A program made the position numbers and the translations under genes. The notes below the pieces were generated by a model that searched no databases, was not told where the DNA came from, and saw only the letters and a program-made list of their open reading frames with translations. From positions 1,216,001-1,280,000 of the forward strand of contig CAVUSO010000001.1 of the NCBI GenBank assembly GCA_963744145.1: a DNA stretch of 64,000 nucleotides. Reading direction: 5' to 3'. How positions within the stretch are numbered: position 1 is the stretch's first letter; each line of letters opens with the position of its first letter. Shown piece by piece: positions 1-10,500 of this stretch. This DNA is from an uncultured cyanobacterium (GTDB taxonomy: Bacteria; Cyanobacteriota; Cyanobacteriia; Cyanobacteriales; CAWUOF01).

Positions 1-314
1 CCTAACTTCTGATCAGGATTTAAGCGATCAAACCGTTCCTTTTCTCCCAAAACTTCCTGACTTTTTGGGATGAATTTAGGAGTTGATTTGACATCAAAAG
101 CAGTTGCGATATTTTTTTGTTCTGCTAGAGTTTTTCCCCAAAGCTGCTGACAGAGTTTTTTCAGTTCAGAATAATCTTTAGGACGTAAAGATTCTATCTC
201 CCACACTTTGTGCAAGAGTGCATAGTTTTCAAACTCTAAGAATAAGCCTAATTTCCTTAAGTTTTCCCTTAAGTCCAGAAAAAATTGCAGTAAAGATGTA
301 TCATTATGAGTCAT
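1..314 (-). CDS. 5' part (runs off window) of probable vWA-type partner of the MoxR ATPase
   Basis: Not in ORF track; manual translation from ATG at 314 (overlapping the MoxR 3' end) is open to base 1: MTHNDTSLLQFFLDLRENLRKLGLFLEFENYALL...ELKKLCQQLWGKTLAEQ. Position and LCxxLWxK motif fit N-termini of cyanobacterial MoxR-associated vWA proteins. Confidence 0.6.
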   Translation of the reverse strand, partial: MTHNDTSLLQFFLDLRENLRKLGLFLEFENYALLHKVWEIESLRPKDYSELKKLCQQLWGKTLAEQKNIATAFDVKSTPKFIPKSQEVLGEKERFDRLNPDQKL

Positions 315-1338
315 TTTTCTTAGACTCCGTAGATTTATGATAGCGCTTTTGTTCTTCGCGAGTCTTTAATAACACTCCCAAATTTTCCTTAATTAATTTA
401 GGAATATCTTGGATCGGTGTATCAAAAGTAATCACCTTAAAGAAATCTAAAAGTTCGCTTGTACTAGCTTTTTTACTTCCGCTCTTATCAGTTTTACCAC
501 GCACATCTTGATAAGCAGCAATAATCGGTGAAATATCTATTTCCTGTTCGCCAAAATGGGCTTTAATAATTTTTTCTAATTGGGTTGCATCGGGCGATTC
601 TAAATAGTAAAATAAACACCGTCTTAAAAAAGCATTAGGCAAAGGTTTTTCATCATTACTGGTAATAATAATCAGCGGAGAAGCAATTTTTTTAACTTCT
701 TCACCTGTTTCCTCAATAAAAAAACGTTTTTCATCTAATTCTAACAGGAGATCATTAGGAAAATCTAGATCAGCCTTATCAATCTCATCAATCAAAACGA
801 TCGCCGGAATCGGAGTTTTAAAGGCTTTTCCTAAAGCGCCAAATTTAATATAACCTAACTGGTTTTCATTTTGCAGACGGCTAATAGTTTTTTGGCGAAT
901 TTCAGGAGATAAATATTCGCTTTGAGCTAGTTGAGTATCCCGCAAACGTCCAACCGCATCATAGGTATAAAGCCCATCTCTAGCACGACTAAGAGATTTT
1001 ATATACCAGGTATAAAAAGGCCACTCTTTATTGTTGATCCATTCTTGTGCCCATTCTTCATGCTCGAGTTTTTCCTTTGCAGTTTCGATAAGCTGTGGAT
1101 ATTTATGAGCAAATTCATAAGCGATCGCACTTGCTAATTGAGTTTTTCCAGTACCCGGTTCACCCATTAATAATAGAGGTCGATCAAGAGCGATCGCGAG
1201 TTTAACCATTCGTTTGAGATCATCACTAGGACAATAGGGAAGATCCTTAGCTCTAGGTGGTGGGTTGATATCACCTGTGTACTCTAGGTTAAAAGGGTTA
1301 ATATTATTATCCATCTGTTTTAAATGTAAGTCTGTCAT
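304..1338 (-). CDS. MoxR-family AAA+ ATPase
   Basis: Walker A GEPGTGKT, Walker B LIDEIDKA, DFPNDLL, LPNAFLRRC, YTYDAVGRLRD. Confidence 0.92.
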   Translation of the reverse strand: MTDLHLKQMDNNINPFNLEYTGDINPPPRAKDLPYCPSDDLKRMVKLAIALDRPLLLMGEPGTGKTQLASAIAYEFAHKYPQLIETAKEKLEHEEWAQEWINNKEWPFYTWYIKSLSRARDGLYTYDAVGRLRDTQLAQSEYLSPEIRQKTISRLQNENQLGYIKFGALGKAFKTPIPAIVLIDEIDKADLDFPNDLLLELDEKRFFIEETGEEVKKIASPLIIITSNDEKPLPNAFLRRCLFYYLESPDATQLEKIIKAHFGEQEIDISPIIAAYQDVRGKTDKSGSKKASTSELLDFFKVITFDTPIQDIPKLIKENLGVLLKTREEQKRYHKSTESKKNDS

Positions 1339-1342
1339 AGTT

Positions 1343-1595
1343 CAATATAGTTCATTTAAGGGCGTTGCTTAATCAGGGTATGAAAATCCTGTAGGGGCGC
1401 ATGGCCATGCGCCCTGGGCGTATTGCCATACGCCCCTACAAATTATTTATTCATACCGTAAATCAGCAACGCCCATTTAAGAATATTTTGGAGATACGGG
1501 CAAATCAGGGCGAAGCATTCGGATATAATATTGCTGGTTTGAGCGTTCAATTGTCGCCCGAATGCTTCGCCCCTACACTTAACTGAATCGTATTG
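1343..1595. mobile_element. Nezha-like MITE carrying a nested second MITE
   Basis: Imperfect 18-bp TIRs (caatatagttcatttaag / cttaactgaatcgtattg), perfect 10-bp TSD tgtcatagtt (1333-1342, 1596-1605), internal gggcgaagcattcgg...ccgaatgcttcgccc hairpin; homologous to 50100-50233 and 52925-53057. Confidence 0.85.
1360..1474. mobile_element. Nested MITE with REP-like core
   Basis: TIR gggcgttgct...agcaacgccc, 6-bp TSD atttaa (1354-1359, 1475-1480), core gtaggggcg...cgcccctac. Confidence 0.85.
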
Positions 1596-1597
1596 TG

Positions 1598-2770
1598 TCA
1601 TAGTTCAAATTCTTTCTCAATATATGACCATCTACAACTAGATTTAGCACAAATTGCCTCAAACACATCTTCCGGAGTGCCATTCTTGCTCTTATTCCAT
1701 ATTTCCTGAAATAAGTTTTCGATTGGGTCATCATCAGGATGGTTTAACAATGTACTATACTGTTCTAACCAATGGCTTAAAACTGGACTCCAAGTAACCG
1801 TACTAGATTCATTATTTGTGCTAAATTTTTTGATAACTGGTAAACTAATAGGTATTTGAGAATGCCAGTTATCTAGATCATTACAAGAAGCCCAGTTAAT
1901 TTTCCATTTAGAAGCTTGAACTTGATTATCAGTTAAAAACATAAAAAGATAATTTTTTACTTTCGGATCAGTTGCAGAATAGGTACTGATTTTTTTGCTC
2001 AGAGGTTTCCAAAAATTTTCAATCAACTTATAAATTACATCCTGGTGGAAAGTATGGATATTAAGAATTTTGATCGCGACAGTTTGTGTTTTCCAGTATT
2101 CAAAAGTTTTATCTACATAATTTTCAGTTTTTCCTTCTGGTACACCCAGTTGTTTTGCTAATCGGTGCCAAACTTCATCAATATTAACCTCTTGTGAATG
2201 ATTAAAATGAACTTTAATCTGCTTAAGTGTAACATAATCCTTTGGAATATTATCCTCTAATAATCGATGTATTAACCAACGTTGACCATGCTTTGGCTCA
2301 CCTTGAATTAGAAAAGCACCTACTCTGGTGATCTGATTCGTGATCAAATTTCTGAAGGGGTCACATTGAGCTTCATAATTAAGTTTTAACAAAGCTTTTG
2401 CTAACCTATTAACATTCTGACTATTTATTGGATTTCTTGAAAAAGATTGTCCATTTGGTAATGTACGGTAATCTTCTCCTTCTTTAAGAGTCATGACATC
2501 TATTTGTAGACGTTGATGATAGGAATTTCCATATAGTTTAATTAATTCTTGGTGTAACTTATAAAATAATTTATCTAAGCTAGAGAAAGTTACAGGGTCT
2601 TTACCTTTTTGAATTTTTGCAAATAATTCTCTATCCAGTCCAGTCAGACTGCTAATCGCAGTATTAGTAACTTTTTCTTTATTAAATATAGGTTTTAACG
2701 CATTCGCAAGCTTTTGCTGTCCCTTTGGTTCTAATAAACATCGATGGTCAGAGCCTTTTTGAGTATACAT
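1598..2770 (-). CDS. XRE-like HTH fused to inactive STAND (iSTAND-like) domain
   Basis: N-terminal AISSLTGLDRELFAKI HTH-like segment; degenerate P-loop AFLIQGEPKHGQRWL lacking GKT; directly upstream of MoxR. Confidence 0.7.
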   Translation of the reverse strand: MYTQKGSDHRCLLEPKGQQKLANALKPIFNKEKVTNTAISSLTGLDRELFAKIQKGKDPVTFSSLDKLFYKLHQELIKLYGNSYHQRLQIDVMTLKEGEDYRTLPNGQSFSRNPINSQNVNRLAKALLKLNYEAQCDPFRNLITNQITRVGAFLIQGEPKHGQRWLIHRLLEDNIPKDYVTLKQIKVHFNHSQEVNIDEVWHRLAKQLGVPEGKTENYVDKTFEYWKTQTVAIKILNIHTFHQDVIYKLIENFWKPLSKKISTYSATDPKVKNYLFMFLTDNQVQASKWKINWASCNDLDNWHSQIPISLPVIKKFSTNNESSTVTWSPVLSHWLEQYSTLLNHPDDDPIENLFQEIWNKSKNGTPEDVFEAICAKSSCRWSYIEKEFEL

Positions 2771-2862
2771 TGAAAAAATTTGGATGTATGGGTGGATAGG
2801 ATTTCCTGATTAATTTTACATCATTTAGCTGAAAAGCTTACTGGCACTAGCTTAAAAAATTT

Positions 2863-2877
2863 TGCGGATGATCCGCA
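2863..2877. promoter_or_regulatory. Palindromic candidate operator
   Basis: Perfect tgcggat-g-atccgca in the divergent intergenic region. Confidence 0.35.
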
Positions 2878-3005
2878 GAGACAGTTTTTCAACGTTTTAT
2901 TGTATTCAACATGGAAGCCACAGAACAAAGACTCCCTCATTATATATAGGAAAAGTCGCTGACGCAGTTTCCATAAAGATCCTTTATCAACGACCGATAC
3001 AAAGT

Positions 3006-3404
3006 ATGACCACTACTATAACTCAAAACGGAAAAAAAGCCCCAGTTTCTAGCTTAGAAACCGAATCTGCTGAAAATGAAACCTGGGATTGTGCGATCGC
3101 GATCCAAGTCCCAATCATCTTTTCCTGGATCTCTTTTATCGTTTCACTCTTTCAAGGGTGGAAGATCATTAAATCATTCAGTCAACTCTTTCGTGGGTCC
3201 TGTGTCTGGCCCGAATTTGGCACTTGGATCAATTCCCAGGGACGATTAGTATGGGATTTGAATATCTGGATTAAATCCTCAACAAATTATGAAAGTTTGC
3301 AATTGAATTATAGCGAGGTAAAACGGATAGCATTAGAAATGAAAAAGAAACTACATCAAGAGGCTGTAGTGATTGAAGTAAATAACGAGATCCACTTGCT
3401 TTAA
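3006..3404 (+). CDS. Hypothetical protein (132 aa from ATG 3006), possible P-II/DUF3574-like fold
   Basis: GxW...G.LV.D and IA.EMKKKLHQEAV motifs; the TTG start at 2862 is less likely. Confidence 0.55.
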   Translation: MTTTITQNGKKAPVSSLETESAENETWDCAIAIQVPIIFSWISFIVSLFQGWKIIKSFSQLFRGSCVWPEFGTWINSQGRLVWDLNIWIKSSTNYESLQLNYSEVKRIALEMKKKLHQEAVVIEVNNEIHLL

Positions 3405-3443
3405 GTAATTTGCGATCGGAACTTAAATCATCAATCAGACCTA

Positions 3444-3742
3444 ATACCAATTAACTATGAAATTGCACTTAATCTGAGGTTGATCTGTTAGGTCAGGGCA
3501 GGTTTATAATGGTGATCTGTTGGTGGCAAAATTGACTGGTGAACCTGCCCCTACCAATTTTATCCTCAATTTGCGGATTTCTGTAGTAGGGGCGGGTTCG
3601 CCCAGATTTTTGAAATTTACCAATTAATTAGAAAAACCCGCCCGGGTTCACCGAGATGTTTGACATTTACCTACTAATCATCAAAACCCACCCTCACCCA
3701 CAGATCAATATACATCAATGTATCTTCATGGTGAATTGGTAT
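3444..3742. mobile_element. MITE/REP composite
   Basis: TIR ataccaattaactatgaa / ttcatggtgaattggtat (16/18), internal (g)ggcgggtt...aacccgccc REP pairs; C/G-run hairpin follows at 3745-3780. Confidence 0.7.
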
Positions 3743-4010
3743 AACCCCCCAACCCCCTTCCCTACCAGGGAATGGGGAGTAATTAATAATAATTAATAAG
3801 CCAAATTGGCTCTCCCGTACTGATGGTGATCAGTAAAAATTATTGAATTTCCAAATGCTTACTATATAAGCTTTTTCCCTGCTCCCTGTCCTCATCTCCC
3901 TGCCGAAAAACGGGATTTTCCACCACAAATACGGGAGAGCCAAAACGGTTTTTCCGTTGATGATGGGATTATCCCAATATTGGGCTATAATTTTTCCTGA
4001 ACTCCAAAAT

Positions 4011-7000
4011 TTATTTAACATCCAAATCTGTTACCCCATCCCAGTCTAGCGGAACTCCATACTTTAAATGTTGTTGACAGCGTTTCACATATAGCATCGC
4101 TGCCTGATCTTGAGGATTAGTGGCTAATATTCGCGTAAATATAGGTTGCGCCCCCACAAAATCTTGGCGATTATAAGCCATCACCGCGGCTTCAAACCTA
4201 CTCTTAGTTTGCGTCTTTAATTGATGAGATAATCCCTCTTCTGGATCATAGATTTCATAAATTGCCACCGCATTATTTTTCCCTTTCACTCGCACCCGAT
4301 CGAGAAATCTAAAACTATAATGCTGAATTTCTTCAATCCGAACTAAAGTATGTACACTGATTAAAATTCCCGCTCCATATAACTTGGTTAATCCTTCCAA
4401 TCGCGAAGCTAAATTCACCGCATCAGAAATTACTGTTGTCTCCATTCGTTCCGGTTCTCCAATGGTTCCTAACATTAAATTACCTGTATGTAAACCAATC
4501 CCAATCGCGATCGGCACTAATCCTTGTTGTTGTCGCTCTTGATTAAAAAGTGCGACTTTTTGCTGCATCGAAATTGCGGCTTGAACTGCACCATCTGCTG
4601 ACTGGGGAAATAAAGCCATAATCCCATCCCCAATATACTTATCAATAAAACCATCATGTTCTCTAATCACAGGACTAACTTGGCTTAAATAAGCATTAAT
4701 AAAATTAAAAATCTCTTGGGGTGTCATCCCTTCTGACAGATGAGTAAAGGAGAGAATATTAGCAAACATTACCGTCATTTCTTGCTGAATTTGGTTACCA
4801 ATTTGAACATCAATAATGCTGTCTTTTCCTAAAAAATTGAGGAAATCTCGTGGTACAAATCGTCCATAAGCTAAAGTGAGTTTAGCTAAATTCAAATGAG
4901 TTTTTATCCGCGCCAGCATTTCCTGTTTTTGAATCGGTTTAGTCAAATAATCATTGGCACCTAATGTAAATCCCTCTACAATATTTTCGGGTTGATTTTT
5001 GGCTGTTAAAATCACAATGGGCAGTTCATGAGCCGGAAAACGTTCACGAATTTTCTGACAAACTTCATAACCCGTCATCCGGGGCATCATCAGATCCAGT
5101 AAGATCAAATCTGGGATAAAACCATTTTCGATAATCGCTAAAGCTTCTGTGCCATTACAGGCTTCTGTCAGAGTATAATTGGCAAGAGAAAGGATATTGA
5201 TTAACACCTGACGATTAATCGGTTCATCATCAACGATTAAGATTTTAAATTGTTGGCTATCAGCCGCCAAATTAACAGCTTTTTGCCTAGGTGTTAAAGT
5301 AAGTAATTCCACAGTAAGGCTGTCTCGTAGTACCGTAATTGGTGGCGTTGATTTAACTTTTTCGGAGGCAATGGGTAAAGTAAAGGTAAACTTTGAGCCG
5401 ACCCCAATTTGAGACTGGAGCGTAATTGTCCCACCATGGATTTCCACCAGTTTTTTCGTTACAGCTAATCCTAATCCGGTGCCACCATATTCTCTCGCAG
5501 TGGAACCTTCTGCTTGTTCAAAGGATTGAAAAATCTGGTCAAACTTATCTTGGGCAATGCCAATACCTGTGTCAGAAATAGTCACAGATAGTAGCTCTTC
5601 TTGGTCAGAAGATATCACTTGTGCCGAAACTTCAATAGTACCGGACGGAGTGAATTTGATCGCATTACCAATTAAATTATGAAGAATTTGTTGTAAGCGA
5701 TTTTCATCAGCCAGAGCATTGGGTAAGTCTTCCGGAATTGCATTGATGAACTGGAGGTTTTTCTGTTGAGCTAAAGGTTGGCTGAGAGTGAGGACAATCT
5801 GGGTAATCGCTCTTAAATCGACGGGTGTTAATTTGAGTTCAAGATGGTGGTGTCTGAGTTTAGAAAAATCAAGAATATCGTTAATTAAACTGGCGAGACG
5901 GCGACCACTAGAGACAATTAATTGCAAGTTGGTTTGAGTGGTGGTTGGGAGTTCTCCTGTCGCACCATCAATTAATGATTCAGCAATACCAATAATCCCA
6001 TTCAGAGGAGTGCGGAGTTCGTGGGAAGTATTGGCGAGAAATTCATCTTTGAGTTGGTCGAGATGATATAGTTCTTGGTTTTTAGTCTCCAGTTTTTCAA
6101 ACGAATTCTTCAATTGTCCTCCCATGTGATTGAACGAATTTACTAGGGTATCCAGTTCCATAATGGGACTGGGTGGAATATCCTGATCCAGGTGACCTTG
6201 AGCCAGTTCATCAGATGCTTGGGAGACACGCAAAATGGGACTAATCACCCAACGAGCAGTGTAAATACCGATCGCGATCGCTAAACTCAGTACCCCTAAA
6301 CAGAGCCAAACTATGTTGGGAGTGTTAGCATAAATTTGGTCCATGAAGTCAGATTCAGGAATAATAATGACAATGAGCCAGTCTAGATTCAAGTTCTTAA
6401 AGGGTACGACTTGGATATATTGCTTCTGGTTATGTAAATTAAAGTCAATTTGTTGGACGGATTGAATCTGGTTGAGGTTGTGAAAGCGATCGCTCAAAAA
6501 CTGAGCCGTAGCTTTAATCGTAGGATTAGGACTATCAACTGCTGCCAGACGGGTAGTATTTTCTCCCGTACCCTTGAGGATAGATTCGGGTCCAGAAGTG
6601 GAAATCAGTTGTCCGGAGCGTTCCATAATAAACACCGTACCTGTGATCCCAATATTCAAACTTTGGAGAAACTTCGACATTTCTTGGGGCAAAAAGAACT
6701 CGCTCCCACAAACCCCAATCAAAGATTGATCGGTTAGGCTATAGACCGGTACACTGGAAGCGATCGAGGGCAATAAAGTCGAAAAATCAAGATATTCGCT
6801 CCAGACACTTTGCCCTGTTTCCTTTGCAGCTTTGTACCAAGGGCGAATGCGGGGATTGTAAGGCTTATAAGATAAAGTATCTACCTGCTGAGTCGGATTA
6901 CCTTGAGTATCTAAAGCAAAATATTGGTTGATCGATTTGGTGGATGGATTGCTAAATACGAGGGTCAATTTTGAGCGATCTTCTTTGGAAAACCTAGCAA

Positions 7001-7373
7001 CACCAAGGAATCCAGTATTTTCATCGCCACAGAAAGTATAGCTAATGAAAGGATAGGTCTGCATTTGCTCCCAGATTTGCGCTGCACCTTTCACTTCGCT
7101 CACATCAATGACACCCCTAGCCAAGGAGGAAGCATTGAGACGACTAATAGAGTAAGGAATTTCTGTATAGGATTTTAGTTTTTCTTCAATCCGCTTTGAT
7201 AATTCTAAACGTAATTGACTGGCCACATCATTAACTGCTTGCTGCCCATCGCGGAAAGAGAGATAGCTCACCAAACAAACCGTTGCCATGATTTGTAACA
7301 CAAAAGGCACCACCAGGGTGGTGCGGAGCCGAAATTTTAGGGATGATTTGTTAACTGCATTAAAATCATTCAT
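4011..7373 (-). CDS. Hybrid sensor kinase/adenylate cyclase copy 1 (TM-dCache-TM-HAMP-HisKA-HATPase-REC-cyclase); first metal-binding Asp replaced by Asn
   Basis: H-box [35 protein letters not shown], cyclase DKYIGD and NLASRLE, but FANIL instead of FADIR. Confidence 0.93.
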   Translation of the reverse strand: MNDFNAVNKSSLKFRLRTTLVVPFVLQIMATVCLVSYLSFRDGQQAVNDVASQLRLELSKRIEEKLKSYTEIPYSISRLNASSLARGVIDVSEVKGAAQIWEQMQTYPFISYTFCGDENTGFLGVARFSKEDRSKLTLVFSNPSTKSINQYFALDTQGNPTQQVDTLSYKPYNPRIRPWYKAAKETGQSVWSEYLDFSTLLPSIASSVPVYSLTDQSLIGVCGSEFFLPQEMSKFLQSLNIGITGTVFIMERSGQLISTSGPESILKGTGENTTRLAAVDSPNPTIKATAQFLSDRFHNLNQIQSVQQIDFNLHNQKQYIQVVPFKNLNLDWLIVIIIPESDFMDQIYANTPNIVWLCLGVLSLAIAIGIYTARWVISPILRVSQASDELAQGHLDQDIPPSPIMELDTLVNSFNHMGGQLKNSFEKLETKNQELYHLDQLKDEFLANTSHELRTPLNGIIGIAESLIDGATGELPTTTQTNLQLIVSSGRRLASLINDILDFSKLRHHHLELKLTPVDLRAITQIVLTLSQPLAQQKNLQFINAIPEDLPNALADENRLQQILHNLIGNAIKFTPSGTIEVSAQVISSDQEELLSVTISDTGIGIAQDKFDQIFQSFEQAEGSTAREYGGTGLGLAVTKKLVEIHGGTITLQSQIGVGSKFTFTLPIASEKVKSTPPITVLRDSLTVELLTLTPRQKAVNLAADSQQFKILIVDDEPINRQVLINILSLANYTLTEACNGTEALAIIENGFIPDLILLDLMMPRMTGYEVCQKIRERFPAHELPIVILTAKNQPENIVEGFTLGANDYLTKPIQKQEMLARIKTHLNLAKLTLAYGRFVPRDFLNFLGKDSIIDVQIGNQIQQEMTVMFANILSFTHLSEGMTPQEIFNFINAYLSQVSPVIREHDGFIDKYIGDGIMALFPQSADGAVQAAISMQQKVALFNQERQQQGLVPIAIGIGLHTGNLMLGTIGEPERMETTVISDAVNLASRLEGLTKLYGAGILISVHTLVRIEEIQHYSFRFLDRVRVKGKNNAVAIYEIYDPEEGLSHQLKTQTKSRFEAAVMAYNRQDFVGAQPIFTRILATNPQDQAAMLYVKRCQQHLKYGVPLDWDGVTDLDVK

Positions 7374-7421
7374 ACCATCTCCATATTAAACCATATTTCG
7401 GGCAATTTTGAAAATAAAATT

Positions 7422-7545
7422 AGACAAGAAAGCAAAAGTCCTTATTGATCTATTTATTGACAGGCAAGATGCCTGTCCCACCAGAAAAAATCACTTTTGT
7501 GGGACAGGCATCTTGCCTGTCCTATTTATTTTTGCTTTCTTGTCT
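7422..7545. mobile_element. 124-bp MITE
   Basis: 16-bp perfect TIR agacaagaaagcaaaa, TSD att, internal gacaggcaagatgcctgtc palindromes; empty site visible upstream of copy 2 (~10993-11030). Confidence 0.85.
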
Positions 7546-7594
7546 ATTGAATCAATTCTATAAATGCACTCAGGAAAAAATAGATTTTTGATAA

Positions 7595-10500
7595 TTAGTT
7601 AAAATCCAAATCAGTCACACCATCCCATCCAACCGGAACTCCATACAGTCGATATTTTTGACAGCGTTTCACATAGAGCATTGCTGCCTGATCTTGAGGA
7701 TTAGTAGCTAATATTTCCTCAAATACAGGTTGCGCCCCCACAAAATCCTGGCGATTATAAGCCATCACCGCTGCTTCAAACATACTCTTAGTCTGCGTCT
7801 TTAATTGATGAGATAATCCCGCTTCTAGATCATATATTTCATAAATAGCCACCGCATCATTTTTCTCGTTCACCCGTACCCGATCCAAAAATCTGAAACT
7901 ATAATGCTGAATCTCTTCAATCCGAATCAAGGTATGGATACTAATTATGATACCAACTCCATATAACTTAGTTAAACCTTCCAAATGTGAGGCTAAATTC
8001 ACCGCATCAGAAATTACTGTTGTCTCCATCCGTTCTGGTTCTCCAATGGTTCCTAACATTAAATTCCCCGTATGTAAACCAATTCCAATCGCGATCGGCA
8101 CTAATCCCTGTTGTTGTCGCTCTTGATTAAAAAGTGCGACTTTTTGCTGCATCGAAATTGCGGCTTGAACTGCACCATCTGCTGACTGGGGAAATAAAGC
8201 CATAATTGCATCCCCAATATACTTATCAATAAAACCATCATGTTCTCTAATCGCCGGACTAACTTGAATTAAATAAGCATTAAGAAAATTAAAAGCATCT
8301 TGGGGTGTCATCCCTTCTGACAGATGAGTAAAGGAGCGAATATCGGCAAACATCACTGTCATTTCTTGTTGACTTTGATTGCCAATTTGAACATCAATAA
8401 TGCTGTCTTTCCCTAAAAAATTGAGGAAATCTCGTGGTACAAATCGCCCGTAAGCTAAAGTAAGTTTAGCTAAATTCAAATGAGTTCTCATTCGCGCCAG
8501 CATTTCCTGTTTTTGAATCGGTTTAGTCAAATAATCATTGGCACCTAATGTAAATCCCTCTACAATATTTTCGGTTTGATTTTTGGCTGTTAAAATCACA
8601 ATGGGCAGTTCATGAGCCGGAAAACGTTCACGAATTTTCTGACAAACTTCATAACCCGTCATCCGGGGCATCATCAGATCCAGTAAGATCAAATCTGGGA
8701 TAAAACCATTTTCGATAATCGCTAAAGCTTCTGTGCCATTACAGGCTTCTGTCAGAGTATAATTGGCAAGAGAAAGGATATTGATTAACACTTGACGATT
8801 AATCGGTTCATCGTCAACGATTAAGATTTTAAATTGTTGGCTATCAGCCGCAAAATTAACAGCTTTTTGCCTAGGTGTTAAAGTAAGTAATTCCACAGTA
8901 AGGCTGTCTCGTAGTACCGTAATTGGTGGCGCTGATTTAACTTTTTCAGAGGCAATGGGTAAAGTAAAGGTAAACTTTGAACCGACACCAACTTGAGACT
9001 GGAGCGTAATTGTCCCACCATGGATTTCCACCAGTTTTTTCGTCACAGCTAATCCTAATCCGGTGCCACCATATTCTCTGGCTGTCGAACCTTCTGCTTG
9101 TTCAAAGGATTGAAAAATCTGGTCAAACTTATCTGGGGCAATGCCAATACCTGTGTCAGAAATAGTCACAGCTAATAGCTCTTCTTGGTCAGAAGATATC
9201 ACTTGTGCCGAAACTTCAATAGTACCTGACGGAGTGAATTTAATCGCATTACCAATTAGATTATGGAGGATTTGTTGTAAGCGATTTTCGTCAGCCAGAG
9301 CATTGGGTAAGTCTTCCGGAATCGCGTTGATGAATTGGAGATTTTTTTGTTGGGCTAAAGGTTGGCTGAGGGTGAGGACAATCTGGGTAATCGCTCTTAA
9401 ATCGACGGGTGTTAATTTGAGTTCAAGATGGTGGTGTCTAAGTTTAGAAAAGTCAAGAATATCATTAATTAAACTGGCGAGACGGCGACCACTAGAGACA
9501 ATTAATTGCAAGTTGGTTTGAGTGGTGGTTGGGAGTTCTCCTGTCGCCCCATCGATCAATGATTCAGCAATACCAATAATCCCATTTAGAGGAGTGCGGA
9601 GTTCGTGGGAAGTATTGGCGAGAAATTCATCTTTGAGTTGGTCGAGATGATATAGTTCTTGGTTTTTAGTCTCCAGTTTTTCAAACGAATTCTTCAATTG
9701 CCCTGCCATGTGATTAAACGAATCCGCCAGGGTATCCATTTCCATAATAGAACTAGGCCCAATATGCTGATCCAGATGACCTTGAGCCATTTCATTAGAT
9801 GCTTGGGAGACACGTAGGATGGGATGAGTCACCCAACGAGCAGTGTAAATACCGATCACGATCGCTAAACTCATTGCCCCCAAACAGAGCCAAACTGTGT
9901 TGAGAGTGCTGGCATAAATTTGTCCCATGAAGTCAGATTCAGGAATGATAATCACAATCAGCCAGTCTAGATTCAAGTTCTTAAAGGGTACGACTTGGAT
10001 ATATTGTTTCTGGTCATGTAAATTAAAGTCAATTTGTTGGACAGATTGAATCTGGTTGAGGTTGTGGAAGCGATCGCCTAAAAACTGAGCCGTAGCTTTA
10101 ATCGTAGGATTAGGACTATCAACTGCTGCTAGACGGATGGTATTTTTTCCTGTGCCCTTGAGCATCGGTTCGGGGGTAGAAGTGGCAATCAGTTGCCCAG
10201 AGCGTTCTACAATAAATACTGTACCAGTTTTACCAATACTCAAACCTTGGAGAAAATTCGACATTTCTTGAGGTAAATAGAAGTCAGTAGAACAAACCCC
10301 AATCAAAGATTTATCTGTTAGGCTATAGACAGGCATATTCGCGGTTGCCGAGGGATAAAAAGTAGCAAAATCAAGAAAAATTTCGCTCCAGACACTTTGC
10401 CCTGCTGCTTTTGCCGCTTTGTACCAAGGGCGAAGTCGGGGATCGTAGGGCGTATCAAACGAACCTGCGGGCTGAGTGCGATTACCTTGGGCATCGAAGT

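Noticed and set aside
1401..1586. 61-aa ORF
   Set aside because: Lies wholly within MITE/REP sequence.
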